From an uncultured bacterium (lineage in GTDB: Bacteria > Abyssobacteria > SURF-5): DNA of 51,918 bases. The stretch's first letter is position 1. The number at the start of each line of letters is the position of its first letter. The position numbers and the translations under genes are program-made. The notes beneath the pieces are model-generated. The model did not search any database. It had not been told where the DNA came from and saw only the letters and a program-made list of their open reading frames with translations. Of this stretch, positions 18,089 to 27,234 are shown in pieces. The DNA is taken from the NCBI GenBank assembly GCA_964510165.1, contig CAZEBC010000001.1, positions 29,307 to 81,224 on the forward strand, written 5' to 3'.

Positions 18089-18123
18089 TATTGGGGACAC
18101 CACAACACATGATGTCCCCAATA
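18089..18123. repeat. TATTGGGGACA...TGTCCCCAATA palindromic element, copy 2
   Basis: Perfect 11-bp inverted arms tattggggaca / tgtccccaata around a 13-nt loop, 35 nt downstream of the kinase stop codon. Confidence 0.7.
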
Positions 18124-18157
18124 TTGTCAGTGCGTTATCGAATGGAGCGAGACCGTT

Positions 18158-21100
18158 CTACGACTGAACGCCCGCCGGAACGGGCGTGAGCGGAATTTCA
18201 ACCACGAACTTCGCGCCGTCGCGGAACGCGGAGTCCAGTCGAATTTTCCCGCCGTGTTCCTTTACGATGCCGTAGCTCAAGCTCATGCCGAGGCCGGTCC
18301 CCTTGCCCACTTCCTTCGTGGTGAAGAATGGGTCGAAGATCTTGTCCTGAATGGACTCCGGAACGCCCGGACCATCGTCGATGACCTCCACCTGTATCCA
18401 ACCGTCTGTCAATCGAGTGGCGACCTCGAGGGTTCCGCCGCGGTGCGCGGAATACATGGAGTCGAATGCATTGTTGATCAGATTGAGAAATACCTGTTGG
18501 AGCTGATGGGCGTCGGCGTAAGTCGGCGGCAGGCCCGGCTCATAGCGCCGGATTATCGTCACGTCGTTGACCGCAAGATTATGTTCGCGCAGCGTGAGCG
18601 TGTTCTCGATGATTTCGTTGATGTTCACCGCATGTTTTTGCAGCTTCTTCTTGCGCGCAAATGCGAGCAGGTTCTCCACAATTCGCTTGCTCCTGGCGGC
18701 TCCTTCGAGAATTTTGTTTGCCATGTCCCGGTGCTTTTCACCAAGCGTTTGGTCTCCGGTGAGCAGTTGGGAGTAACCCATCACGATGGTAAGAGGGTTG
18801 TTGAGTTCATGCGCCACGCCCGACACCAGTTCGCCGACGGCGGCAAGTTTTTTGGACTGGATCAGTTCCTCGTGCATTCTCTTCTGCTCGGTCACGTCGC
18901 GTCCGACCAGAATGGTCGCGGAACTGCCGTTGGGCAGTTTAACGTCGGCTGCGTTCCATCGGATGATCAGCGTGTGCCCGTTCTTCGAGAGAATCGGCGC
19001 CTCGGCCTCCAGCAGCGGCTTGCCCGCTCGGACTTCGCTCATGCGTCTGTGCGCTTCCTCGCGGTACTGCTCCGGGATCAGGAAAGAGAGCGGGTCTTTC
19101 CCCAGTACCTCCTTTTTCTTGAATCCGGTCGCCTCCTCGAAGAGTCGGTTGAATATCACGAGCCTTCCCTTGTTGTCGGTTGCCGCGATGAATGCGTTGG
19201 CGTTCTCGATTAATCGGTCGATGAACTGTTTCTCCACATCGAGCTGTCTCTCAAGGCGTCTCCTCTGCGTGATGTCCTTTGCAATGCAAGAACTTCCCAC
19301 AATTTTGCCGGACGCATTGCGAATCGGTGACAACGTGAACAGCGCATCGAGCCGGGCATCCCCCGGCAGCGCCTGTTCGATTTCGCGGTCCCGGACGGTT
19401 TCGCCCCGCATGACGCGCTCGAGCAGGCTTGGCATCTCCGGAAAGTCCAGCAGCGAGAGCACGGAGCGCGAGTTCAATTCGCTGTCAGACAGATGAAACA
19501 TCGCCTCCGCCGCCCGATTCCATGAAACCATGATGCCCTTGTCGTCAAGCGTGATGATCGCGTCACCCGCGTTTGCGATAATGTTCGCAAGGTGGTTGCG
19601 CGCCTCCTTGACTGCCTCCTGGAGAAGCTGCTGCTCAGTGATGTCCTGGGCGATGATAAGGGACCCCTCGAACTGGCCCTCCTTGCGGATGGTGCTGGCC
19701 ACGATGTGCAAAGTCCGCAGGTTGCCGCTGGCGTGTTTGATGCGCAGATTGTAGTCCCTTCTCGGTATTCCCTTGCGGCCTTCCTCGAACTTCGATATCG
19801 CCAGCGTGAGGTCGTCGGGATGCACAATTGGGGCGAACGACTTCCCAAGCCAGTCGTCATAACTGTATCCTGTGACCCGAAGGGTCTCGGCGTTCGCGTA
19901 TGAGAAGCGGGCCTGGCTGTCGAGCGAGAAGATCATAACGGGCGCGTTGTCCAGCAAGTACTGCAGCCGTTCCTTGGTCGCGCTGAGTTCGCGCTCCATA
20001 TTCTTGATGGGGGTGATATCTATTGCGACGCTCTCGATTGCAGGTTCGCCCTCATAGCGAATTAGCGAGGAGAAGACCAGGGCATTCATGGTCTCGCCGC
20101 TTTTCTTTACAAACCTGACCTCGCGCGGCTGCTCAATTGTTCTCCCGTCCCTCAGCGCGCCGAGGTTTTCGAGAACAGAAGGCAGGTCTTCTTCGTGCAG
20201 GAGAGAGTAGACGCTGAAATCTTGGCTGGCAATCTCTTCAGGGGAATATCCTGAGAGGGCATAAAACATCTTGTTTGCAAATTTGATGGTTGTCCCCTGA
20301 AATATAATCATGGGATTCATGAGGTTTTCCACCAGTGTCCTGTAGCGTTCCTCGGTCTCCTCAATCTGGCTCAGAAGGTCTTGCCTTTTCTTGAGCTTCT
20401 CGTTTTCACGAGTCGTCTCAATCCGGCGCTTATTGAGCAAAAGAAACAAAATCCCAGTGAGCGAAAGCGCAAGCGCCCTTGTGCCCGCCAGGGAAACGAC
20501 CAAGAGTGGGCTTTTCACGAGGTAAGCGTGCCCGGCGGAAGTCTTGACCAGAAGCGTCCACGGGCTTCCCGGCAAACTCACGGGCGCCGAGGTCAATTGG
20601 ACACCATTGCCTTCCGCCTTCCCGAAAATGTGCGAGCGCGTGAGGCGCATCTCCCCATCTGAAGATAACGATGACGCCTGAGCGATAAGGCCCTGGGCGT
20701 CGTCAAGCAAGAGGACTTCGCATTCGAAACCGCTCGCGAGTCTCTCAAGGTAGTTGCGACGGATATATGAGGAATCGAGCAATCCGCAGACCGCTCCGCC
20801 CCCCCTGACAGGAACGATGACCGCTATGGCTTCTGTGCCGGGTACGCACCTGAATACGCCGCTTTTCGTTTTCGAAAGGTCTGTCGCTCTTCTTGCCGCG
20901 TGGCATTCCGTGCAGCTCTGCACTGCACCTGCCTCATCTGGATATCGAGCCTTGATCTCGCCGGCTGCATCCAGACGGAAAACGCCGAGAAACTCGCCCG
21001 CCTCCCTTTCGTGGAGCCTTTGCAGAGCCTGGTCTGCGTCTGACGGGGCAGTACTCAAGTCGCATAAGAAGGTCGCGTCGGCCATGTCGTCAAGCAAAGA

Positions 21101-21352
21101 CATGAGGCGCTGACTTATCGAGTCAGCCGTCGCTCGCGCGAGTTCACCATGATATCTCTGAAGCTCACGTTGCGCCTGGTCGCCGGTCAAGTTGAGCACA
21201 ACCGCAACCCCAAGTGCAACGATCAAACCGGCGCACACGACAATCAAGACAACCAAAGGAACAGTTCGGGCACTTCTCTCTCGCTTCAAAGCGGAACCTT
21301 TCACATAAACGTCCTTAAGGGACTCCCTCGCCCCAACAACGCAGAGCAACAT
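18158..21352 (-). CDS. membrane sensor histidine kinase: periplasmic domain with CXXCH, 4 PAS, HisKA, HATPase_c
   Basis: Two TM segments (about aa 31-53 and 281-306). Four PAS-like repeats (ERYRTLVENLMNPMIIF, LQYLLDNAPVMIFSLD, LANIIANAGDAIITLD, FIDRLIENANAFIAATD). H-box VAHELNNPLT, N-box INLINNAFDS, G-box GKGTGLGMSLSYGIV. Confidence 0.92.
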   Translation of the reverse strand: MLLCVVGARESLKDVYVKGSALKRERSARTVPLVVLIVVCAGLIVALGVAVVLNLTGDQAQRELQRYHGELARATADSISQRLMSLLDDMADATFLCDLSTAPSDADQALQRLHEREAGEFLGVFRLDAAGEIKARYPDEAGAVQSCTECHAARRATDLSKTKSGVFRCVPGTEAIAVIVPVRGGGAVCGLLDSSYIRRNYLERLASGFECEVLLLDDAQGLIAQASSLSSDGEMRLTRSHIFGKAEGNGVQLTSAPVSLPGSPWTLLVKTSAGHAYLVKSPLLVVSLAGTRALALSLTGILFLLLNKRRIETTRENEKLKKRQDLLSQIEETEERYRTLVENLMNPMIIFQGTTIKFANKMFYALSGYSPEEIASQDFSVYSLLHEEDLPSVLENLGALRDGRTIEQPREVRFVKKSGETMNALVFSSLIRYEGEPAIESVAIDITPIKNMERELSATKERLQYLLDNAPVMIFSLDSQARFSYANAETLRVTGYSYDDWLGKSFAPIVHPDDLTLAISKFEEGRKGIPRRDYNLRIKHASGNLRTLHIVASTIRKEGQFEGSLIIAQDITEQQLLQEAVKEARNHLANIIANAGDAIITLDDKGIMVSWNRAAEAMFHLSDSELNSRSVLSLLDFPEMPSLLERVMRGETVRDREIEQALPGDARLDALFTLSPIRNASGKIVGSSCIAKDITQRRRLERQLDVEKQFIDRLIENANAFIAATDNKGRLVIFNRLFEEATGFKKKEVLGKDPLSFLIPEQYREEAHRRMSEVRAGKPLLEAEAPILSKNGHTLIIRWNAADVKLPNGSSATILVGRDVTEQKRMHEELIQSKKLAAVGELVSGVAHELNNPLTIVMGYSQLLTGDQTLGEKHRDMANKILEGAARSKRIVENLLAFARKKKLQKHAVNINEIIENTLTLREHNLAVNDVTIIRRYEPGLPPTYADAHQLQQVFLNLINNAFDSMYSAHRGGTLEVATRLTDGWIQVEVIDDGPGVPESIQDKIFDPFFTTKEVGKGTGLGMSLSYGIVKEHGGKIRLDSAFRDGAKFVVEIPLTPVPAGVQS

Positions 21353-21461
21353 TTATGCCTGCTTGCCTCGAATACGTAAGCTTTTGAAATCACTTATCTT
21401 ATGATCACGACTCGTCGCCGCCCAAGGCCGAAGCGCGGACACAAGGTGTTCAATTTCGTGC

Positions 21462-21491
21462 TTGACAAAATTCATGTCCATTTCATAGTAT
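21462..21491 (+). promoter_or_regulatory. sigma70-type promoter upstream of the SDR gene
   Basis: TTGACA (21462-21467), an 18-nt spacer, then TAGTAT (21486-21491). Confidence 0.5.
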
Positions 21492-21530
21492 CATTCCGTG
21501 CACACGGTTCAACGAGAGGAGCGACCTCAA

Positions 21531-22304
21531 ATGGCTCGAACACCTTTTGACTTACAGGATAGAGTGGCGATAGTGACGGGCGGTGGCACCGGCATAGGGC
21601 GCGCGATCTCCGAGGCGCTCGCCCAATCAGGCGCTCACGTGGCGATTTGCAGCCGGAGAATGGAGCACCTCGAGGCCACGGCCAACAAGATCGAGGCGAT
21701 GGGCCGGGGCTCTCTCGCCCTGACCTGCGACGTCCGCAAGGAGGACCAGGTTGTGGCCGTGGTTGAGCAGACCGTCAGGAAATTCGGAAGACTTGACATC
21801 CTCGTCAACAATGCGGGCGCAAGTTTCGTGTGCCCCATCGAAGACGTAAGCCTCAACGGCTGGAACGCAGTCTTCGGCATCAACGTCACTGGCACGTTCC
21901 TGTTCTCCAAAGCCGCCTGCAAGGAAATGAAAAAGCAAGACAAGGGAGTCATCATAAATATCGCGTCCATCGCAGGCAGGGACAGCTCGCCCATGATGAC
22001 TCCCTACGGCGCGGCAAAAGCGGCCGTCATCAACCTGACCAAGGCGCTCGCCGTCGAATTTGCGCAATACAATATCCGCGTCAACTGCATCGGTCCGGGC
22101 CTCATCATCACCGAAGCGGTTCAGCAGCAGATGGGCATAACGCCCGAGTCGACCAAAGAACGCTTCCAGGGCGTCCCGCTTGGACGATGGGGCAATCCCG
22201 AAGAGATCGCTTGGCCGGTCGTGTTCCTCGCATCCGATGCGTCCAGCTACATGACGGGAGAAACCATCTACATCGACGGCGGCCCGAGGGCGTTTGAAGG
22301 CTAA
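21531..22304 (+). CDS. SDR-family oxidoreductase
   Basis: TGGGTGIG cofactor motif, NNAG, S...YGAAK catalytic motif. ATG 21531 has a GAGAGGAG RBS and lies downstream of the predicted promoter, unlike the track's GTG at 21498. Confidence 0.9.
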   Translation: MARTPFDLQDRVAIVTGGGTGIGRAISEALAQSGAHVAICSRRMEHLEATANKIEAMGRGSLALTCDVRKEDQVVAVVEQTVRKFGRLDILVNNAGASFVCPIEDVSLNGWNAVFGINVTGTFLFSKAACKEMKKQDKGVIINIASIAGRDSSPMMTPYGAAKAAVINLTKALAVEFAQYNIRVNCIGPGLIITEAVQQQMGITPESTKERFQGVPLGRWGNPEEIAWPVVFLASDASSYMTGETIYIDGGPRAFEG

Positions 22305-22367
22305 GGCCTGAGTGTGCAGCTTTTTGACATTTTGGGCGAAAAGTGATACCATTGCTATGGTTACGGA

Positions 22368-22441
22368 GGGCGCTTAGCTCAGTTGGTTAGAGTGCTTGCT
22401 TGACATGCAAGAGGTCAGTGGTTCAAGTCCACTAGCGCCCA
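22368..22441 (+). tRNA. tRNA-Val (anticodon GAC)
   Basis: Hand-folded cloverleaf. Acceptor GGGCGCT/AGCGCCC, D-arm GCTC-AGTTGGTTA-GAGT, anticodon arm CTTGC-TTGACAT-GCAAG, T-arm AGTGG-TTCAAGT-CCACT, discriminator A. The 3' CCA is not fully encoded (A-CC-G). Confidence 0.9.
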
Positions 22442-22471
22442 CCGAAAAATCGCAAACGTGGCGACCCGGGG

Positions 22472-22500
22472 AACAAGACGTTGAGTCTTGTTTTTTATTT
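22472..22500 (+). terminator. rho-independent terminator after tRNA-Val
   Basis: aacaagac-gttga-gtcttgtt perfect 8-bp stem followed by TTTTTTATTT. Confidence 0.7.
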
Positions 22501-22592
22501 GGGTCATGGACTCTCGCGATGGTTCCTATCGCGATAATAGACGGGAACCCGGTCCCTTCGTCAAGCTCGCAGGACAACTCTTTCATCTAACC

Positions 22593-24521
22593 ATGAACAA
22601 GATAGACAAGAAAATCAACATAACGTTGCCTGACGGCTCGGCGAAGGCTTTCGAGAACAGTCCAACCCTGGCCGAAGTGGCCGAATCGCTTGGCAAAGGC
22701 TTGGCCAAGGAGGCCCTGGTGGCGCGGGTGGATGACCGCCTCGTCGACCTCTCGGCAACTTTGCAGAATGACGCAAGAGTCGAGTTCGTCACCTTCGACT
22801 CGGAGGAAGGCCGTGATATCTATCGCCATAGTACTTCACACCTGATGGCGTCTGCTGTGCAGCAACTGTTTCCGGGCGTGAAATTCGGTATAGGGCCGGC
22901 CATCGAAGAGGGTTTCTATTACGATTTCGATATCCCCAACGGACTCACCGAGCAGGATCTCCCCGCCATCGAGAAAAAGATGAAGGAACTCGCCTCGAAG
23001 GCCGTCCCCTACGAGCGCAAAGTGATTCCCCGCAGCGAGGCCGCGGAGATGTTCCGCGCGCGCGGCGAGAACTACAAGGTGGAGCTTATCGGCGAAATCG
23101 AGGATGAGACCGTCAGCATCTACGAGCTCGGCGATTTCATTGATCTGTGCCGCGGCCCCCACGTGCCTGACACCTCGTACATCAAGGCATTCAAGCTTAC
23201 CGGCCTTGCCGGCGCGTATTGGCGCGGCGACGAGCGCAACAAGATGCTCCAGCGCATCTACGGCACGGCCTTTCCGAAGGAAAAGGACCTCAAGGAGCAC
23301 CTTGCGCTTCTCGAGGAGGCCAGGAAGCGCGATCATCGCAAACTCGGCAAGGAACTCGATCTTTTCAGCTTCCATGAGGAAGGCCCGGGCTTCGCGTTCT
23401 TCCATCCCAAAGGCATGATAGTCTGGAACTCGCTGCTCGAATTCTGGCGCGAGGTGCATACGGCAAGGGGCTATGTCGAGGTTCGCACCCCCATCATCCT
23501 GGCGCGCGCGCTGTGGGAGCAATCGGGCCACTGGGAAAACTATCGCGAGAACATGTATTTTACCGCAATAGACGAGCGCGACTTCGCCATAAAGCCCATG
23601 AACTGCCCCGGCGGCCTGCTCATTTATAAGGAGCGTCTGCACAGTTATCGCGAGTTCCCCATCCGATGGGCGGAACTCGGGCTCGTGCATCGTCACGAGA
23701 AATCCGGAGTGCTGATGGGGCTGTTCAGGGTGAGGCAATTCACTCAGGATGACGCCCACATCTTCCTCCTGCCCGAGCAAATCGTGGACGAGGTCGTGCG
23801 CGTGATGGATCTGGTCGACAGCATGTACAAGGTGTTCGGCCTGCCTTACGCGGTGGAACTCTCCACGAAGCCCGAGAAACACATTGGAACGGACGAAATG
23901 TGGGAGCAGGCCACCAACGCCCTTGCCGCCGCGCTCGACCGCGTCGCTCTCAAGTACAAGATCAACGAGGGAGATGGCGCGTTTTATGGACCAAAGATAG
24001 ATTTTCATATTCGCGACTGCCTCAACCGGACCTGGCAATGCGCGACCATTCAACTTGATTTCGCGATGCCCGAAAAATTCGACCTCACCTATGTCGGCGC
24101 CGACAACCAGCGGCACAGGCCGGTCATGATCCATCGAACGGTGTACGGCGCCATCGAGCGATTTCTCGGAGTGCTTACCGAACATTACGCCGGCGCTTTC
24201 CCGACTTGGCTGGCCCCCGTTCAGGCCATTGTCCTGCCCGTGGGCGAATCCCACAGAGCATATGCGGCCGAGTTGCTCGAACGAATGAAACAGGGAAAGA
24301 TCCGCGCCGAGGCCGACATGCGCGACGACAAGATCGGGTTCAAGATACGCGAAGCCCAGTTGCAGAAAATCCCTTACATGCTCATCGTGGGCGACAAGGA
24401 GGTTTCGTCCGGCACGGTCTCCGTGCGGCACAGGAAGAGCGGTGATATGGGTCCCCAAAAGTTTGAGGAGTTCCTGGAATCGCTCCTCGCTGAGATAAGA
24501 ACCCGAGGGGGCAGACCTTGA
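22593..24521 (+). CDS. thrS: threonine--tRNA ligase
   Basis: TGS domain (INITLPDGS), editing-domain HSTSHLM, class II core (FRVRQFTQDDAHIF) and anticodon-binding domain. ATG 22593 gives the normal N-terminus. The track start 22488 lies inside the tRNA terminator. Confidence 0.95.
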   Translation: MNKIDKKINITLPDGSAKAFENSPTLAEVAESLGKGLAKEALVARVDDRLVDLSATLQNDARVEFVTFDSEEGRDIYRHSTSHLMASAVQQLFPGVKFGIGPAIEEGFYYDFDIPNGLTEQDLPAIEKKMKELASKAVPYERKVIPRSEAAEMFRARGENYKVELIGEIEDETVSIYELGDFIDLCRGPHVPDTSYIKAFKLTGLAGAYWRGDERNKMLQRIYGTAFPKEKDLKEHLALLEEARKRDHRKLGKELDLFSFHEEGPGFAFFHPKGMIVWNSLLEFWREVHTARGYVEVRTPIILARALWEQSGHWENYRENMYFTAIDERDFAIKPMNCPGGLLIYKERLHSYREFPIRWAELGLVHRHEKSGVLMGLFRVRQFTQDDAHIFLLPEQIVDEVVRVMDLVDSMYKVFGLPYAVELSTKPEKHIGTDEMWEQATNALAAALDRVALKYKINEGDGAFYGPKIDFHIRDCLNRTWQCATIQLDFAMPEKFDLTYVGADNQRHRPVMIHRTVYGAIERFLGVLTEHYAGAFPTWLAPVQAIVLPVGESHRAYAAELLERMKQGKIRAEADMRDDKIGFKIREAQLQKIPYMLIVGDKEVSSGTVSVRHRKSGDMGPQKFEEFLESLLAEIRTRGGRP

Positions 24522-24620
24522 CAGTTGATAAGACAATCTGTCCACTAAATGGAAACGTTACAATCTCTATGGCTTTGTCAAGTTTCAAGGTCTGACCCCA
24601 TTGCCAAGGAGGTAGGACAC

Positions 24621-24953
24621 ATGGCGCAGGCGCCCTCCCGATGCATCAATCATCCCGAACGAACCGCGGTCGCGCGCTGCAAGCAATGCCACAAGCCCCT
24701 CTGCGAGAGGTGCGTCAAGAAGATGCCGGGCGGCGTCTTCTGCAGCGACCAGTGCTACCAGAATATGGCGGCCTTCCAGGACCGGGTGAAAAAGCTGGAT
24801 GAGGCCAAGAAATCCGGCCCGAAAATGGGAAAGATAATCACGCGGGCCATTGTTGCCATTGCGGGGATAGCCGCCCTTTACTATGTATTCATAGTCGAGG
24901 GCGTTCGAGGAATAAACGATTTCTTGAAACTGGTACGTGGGCTGATTCCCTGA
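24621..24953 (+). CDS. membrane-anchored zinc-ribbon/B-box-like protein
   Basis: AAGGAGG RBS before ATG 24621. CINHP-x9-CKQCHKPLCERC-x10-CSDQC cysteine pattern. C-terminal TM helix IITRAIVAIAGIAALYYVFIV. Confidence 0.6.
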   Translation: MAQAPSRCINHPERTAVARCKQCHKPLCERCVKKMPGGVFCSDQCYQNMAAFQDRVKKLDEAKKSGPKMGKIITRAIVAIAGIAALYYVFIVEGVRGINDFLKLVRGLIP

Positions 24954-24967
24954 AGGGAGGAGGAAGC

Positions 24968-25378
24968 ATGCTTAGTCACTGGAAAAAAATCCTCTTTCTC
25001 GCGATCGTGGTCGCTGTCGTCTACGCGGGATGCAACACCAATGGCATCCTGAGAACGGAAAAGATGTTTCGAGAAGACAACCCGAAACTGGCCCTGTCGC
25101 CAAGAATCTGCTATACCCTCGGCACAATCGCGCATTGGACATTCCGCTACCAGCTCGCAATCGACATCATTGACCGAAACTTGAGGGATTATCCCTATGA
25201 TCCCGCCGCGGAGGACGCCCAATACCGGCGGGCGGTGGCTTACGAAAAGCTCGGACAATACGATAAGGCAATTCAGCTTTACGAAGCGTTTCTGATCGAT
25301 CATCCCAAGAGCAAGCGGCAAGAATCGATTCTGAACAAAGTGACCAAACTCAAGGCGCTGCACCAGCAACAGCCATAA
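24968..25378 (+). CDS. TPR-like lipoprotein
   Basis: Signal peptide with lipobox (VVYAGC-N), TPR-like segment AEDAQYRRAVAYEKLGQYDKAIQLYEAFLIDHP. GGAGGAGG RBS. Confidence 0.65.
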   Translation: MLSHWKKILFLAIVVAVVYAGCNTNGILRTEKMFREDNPKLALSPRICYTLGTIAHWTFRYQLAIDIIDRNLRDYPYDPAAEDAQYRRAVAYEKLGQYDKAIQLYEAFLIDHPKSKRQESILNKVTKLKALHQQQP

Positions 25379-25436
25379 TGAATCGCTCGCGCCTGTGGCG
25401 GCTTTCTGTAGGCGCCAAATTGATTCAGCCAACCGC

Positions 25437-25454
25437 GTGCGAATGAATTCGCAC
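25437..25454. repeat. GTGCGAA-N4-TTCGCAC REP-like hairpin
   Basis: gtgcgaa-tgaa-ttcgcac. Related copies at 44426-44443 (one mismatch, opposite orientation) and 51220-51237, with a variant at 51256-51273. Confidence 0.6.
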
Positions 25455-26795
25455 CAACTGAATGAAGGTTTTGTGTCCCAATCTCCTGCATCTGCAACCA
25501 TAAATCCCGCTTCCCGCCTCGATGGCGAAATAGATGTCCCGCCCGACAAATCCATCTCACACCGGGCCGCGCTCATCGGCTCGATATCGGAAGGGAATGT
25601 CGTCGTAAGAAACTTCCTCCGCGCGGAGGACTGCATGGCAACAGTGAACGCGATGCGCCTCCTCGGTGTCTCCATCCGAGAGACCGGCCCCGCCGAGATC
25701 ACCATAGGAGGTGTCGGACTGACCGGCCTGAAACCGCCGCCCGCCACGATAGACTGCGGCAACTCCGGGACCACCATGAGGCTGCTGATGGGCATCCTGG
25801 CCGGGCAGGACTTTTCCTCGCGCTTGACCGGCGACCAGTACCTGAGAAAACGGCCAATGGACCGCGTCATCCGCCCGCTCAGGCAGATGGGCGCCAAACT
25901 GCGAAGTCTCAACGACGACCTCGCTAAGGGCTTGGCCCCAATCGAGATCGAGGGCGCCCCACTCAGCCCGATCTCATACAATTCCCCCATCGCGAGCGCA
26001 CAGGTGAAATCGGCCGTCTTGCTCGCAGGCTTGTACTGTCAAGGGAAGACCACTGTCTCCGAGCCATACAAATCGAGGGATCACACCGAACGCATGCTGC
26101 ACCGGTTCGGCGCGCGTGTCGAAGTCGAAAGCCTGAGAGTTTCCGTCAATGGACCCGCCAGTCTCCGCGCCGAAGAAATCGTCGTCCCGGGCGATATCTC
26201 TTCCGCAGCCTTTTTCCTGGCTGCCGCCGCGATGATTTCAGGCTCCGAACTGCTGCTTCGCAATGTCGGCCTCAACCGGACCCGCACTGGCTTTCTCTCG
26301 CTGCTCAGGCGCATGGGTGCGGACATATTTGGCGCAGATACCCGCGACGATGGACTGAATGAGCCTTCCGGCAACATCACTGTTCGAGGAACCGACAAAC
26401 TGAAAGCCGTCCACATCGGCGCCGAAGACATCCCCGCACTCATTGACGAGGTCCCCATACTTGCGGTCACCGCACTCCGCGCGGACGGAACCACCGTCAT
26501 CGAGGGGGCAAGCGAACTCAGGGTGAAGGAGACAGACAGGTTGAGCGCGCTGGCCAAGAACCTCTCCGCCCTCGGTACGCGCGTCAAAGAGGAGCCGGAC
26601 GGTCTTATCATTGACGGGCCTCAGCGCATTTGTGGCGGAACGGTGGATAGCTTTGGCGATCACAGGATAGCGATGGCGATGGCGGTCGCCGGCCTCATCG
26701 CGGACGGCCCCGTTACGATCACCGACACCGACTGCGTGGCGACCTCGTTCCCCGGTTTTTTTGAGGTCATTCGCAAGGTGACGTGGCAAGAATAG
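25443..26795 (+). CDS. aroA: 3-phosphoshikimate 1-carboxyvinyltransferase (EPSP synthase)
   Basis: LDGEIDVPPDKSISHRAALIGS, CGNSGTTMRLL, RVKETDRL, DHRIAMA motifs. The start is uncertain: ATG 25443 sits inside the REP hairpin, and GTG 25473 (preceded by GAAGG) is an alternative. Confidence 0.92.
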   Translation: MNSHQLNEGFVSQSPASATINPASRLDGEIDVPPDKSISHRAALIGSISEGNVVVRNFLRAEDCMATVNAMRLLGVSIRETGPAEITIGGVGLTGLKPPPATIDCGNSGTTMRLLMGILAGQDFSSRLTGDQYLRKRPMDRVIRPLRQMGAKLRSLNDDLAKGLAPIEIEGAPLSPISYNSPIASAQVKSAVLLAGLYCQGKTTVSEPYKSRDHTERMLHRFGARVEVESLRVSVNGPASLRAEEIVVPGDISSAAFFLAAAAMISGSELLLRNVGLNRTRTGFLSLLRRMGADIFGADTRDDGLNEPSGNITVRGTDKLKAVHIGAEDIPALIDEVPILAVTALRADGTTVIEGASELRVKETDRLSALAKNLSALGTRVKEEPDGLIIDGPQRICGGTVDSFGDHRIAMAMAVAGLIADGPVTITDTDCVATSFPGFFEVIRKVTWQE

Positions 26796-26805
26796 GAGAA
26801 AACCC

Positions 26806-27189
26806 ATGAAAAAGCAGGCGATCACCACTGACGCCGCCCCCAAAGCTGTAGGCCCATACTCTCAGGCAATCAAGGCCGGGCAATGGATATTTCTGTCGGG
26901 GCAGATACCGATCGATCCCGAGACGAACCAGGTCGCACTCGGGAGTATCGAAGAGCAGACCAGTCTCGTTCTGCGAAATGCCGGGCATGTGCTCGAGGCC
27001 GCAGGCTCGTCGCTCGAAAGGGTCGTCAAAGTGACCCTGTTCATCGCAAACATGGAGGAGTACCCGAAGATCAATGCCGTATATTCGACCTTTTTCCCGA
27101 ACATCCCGCCCGCCCGGAGCGTGGTCCAGGTCGCCCGCCTGCCAAGAGACGTGGGCATCGAGGCCGAGATGATCGCGCTCGCGGATTGA
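26806..27189 (+). CDS. ridA: RidA-family reactive-intermediate deaminase (YjgF/L-PSP)
   Basis: APKAVGPYSQAIKAG...FLSGQIPIDP...ARSVVQVARLPRDVGIEAEMIA. Confidence 0.9.
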   Translation: MKKQAITTDAAPKAVGPYSQAIKAGQWIFLSGQIPIDPETNQVALGSIEEQTSLVLRNAGHVLEAAGSSLERVVKVTLFIANMEEYPKINAVYSTFFPNIPPARSVVQVARLPRDVGIEAEMIALAD

Positions 27190-27234
27190 GGGCGCTTTCT
27201 TCGTGGCGACTTATCATTGCGATCAGGAGAACAA

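Noticed and set aside
22501-22592. T-box or other riboswitch leader upstream of thrS
   Set aside because: Only 92 nt separate the tRNA terminator from the start codon, which is too short for a T-box. I saw no specifier, T-box consensus or terminator/antiterminator pair.
22836-24545. 569-aa minus-strand ORF opposite thrS, and the 393-aa ORF 47262..48443(-) opposite glcD
   Set aside because: Same reasoning: they are antisense shadows of strongly supported genes, with no RBS, motif or domain signal.
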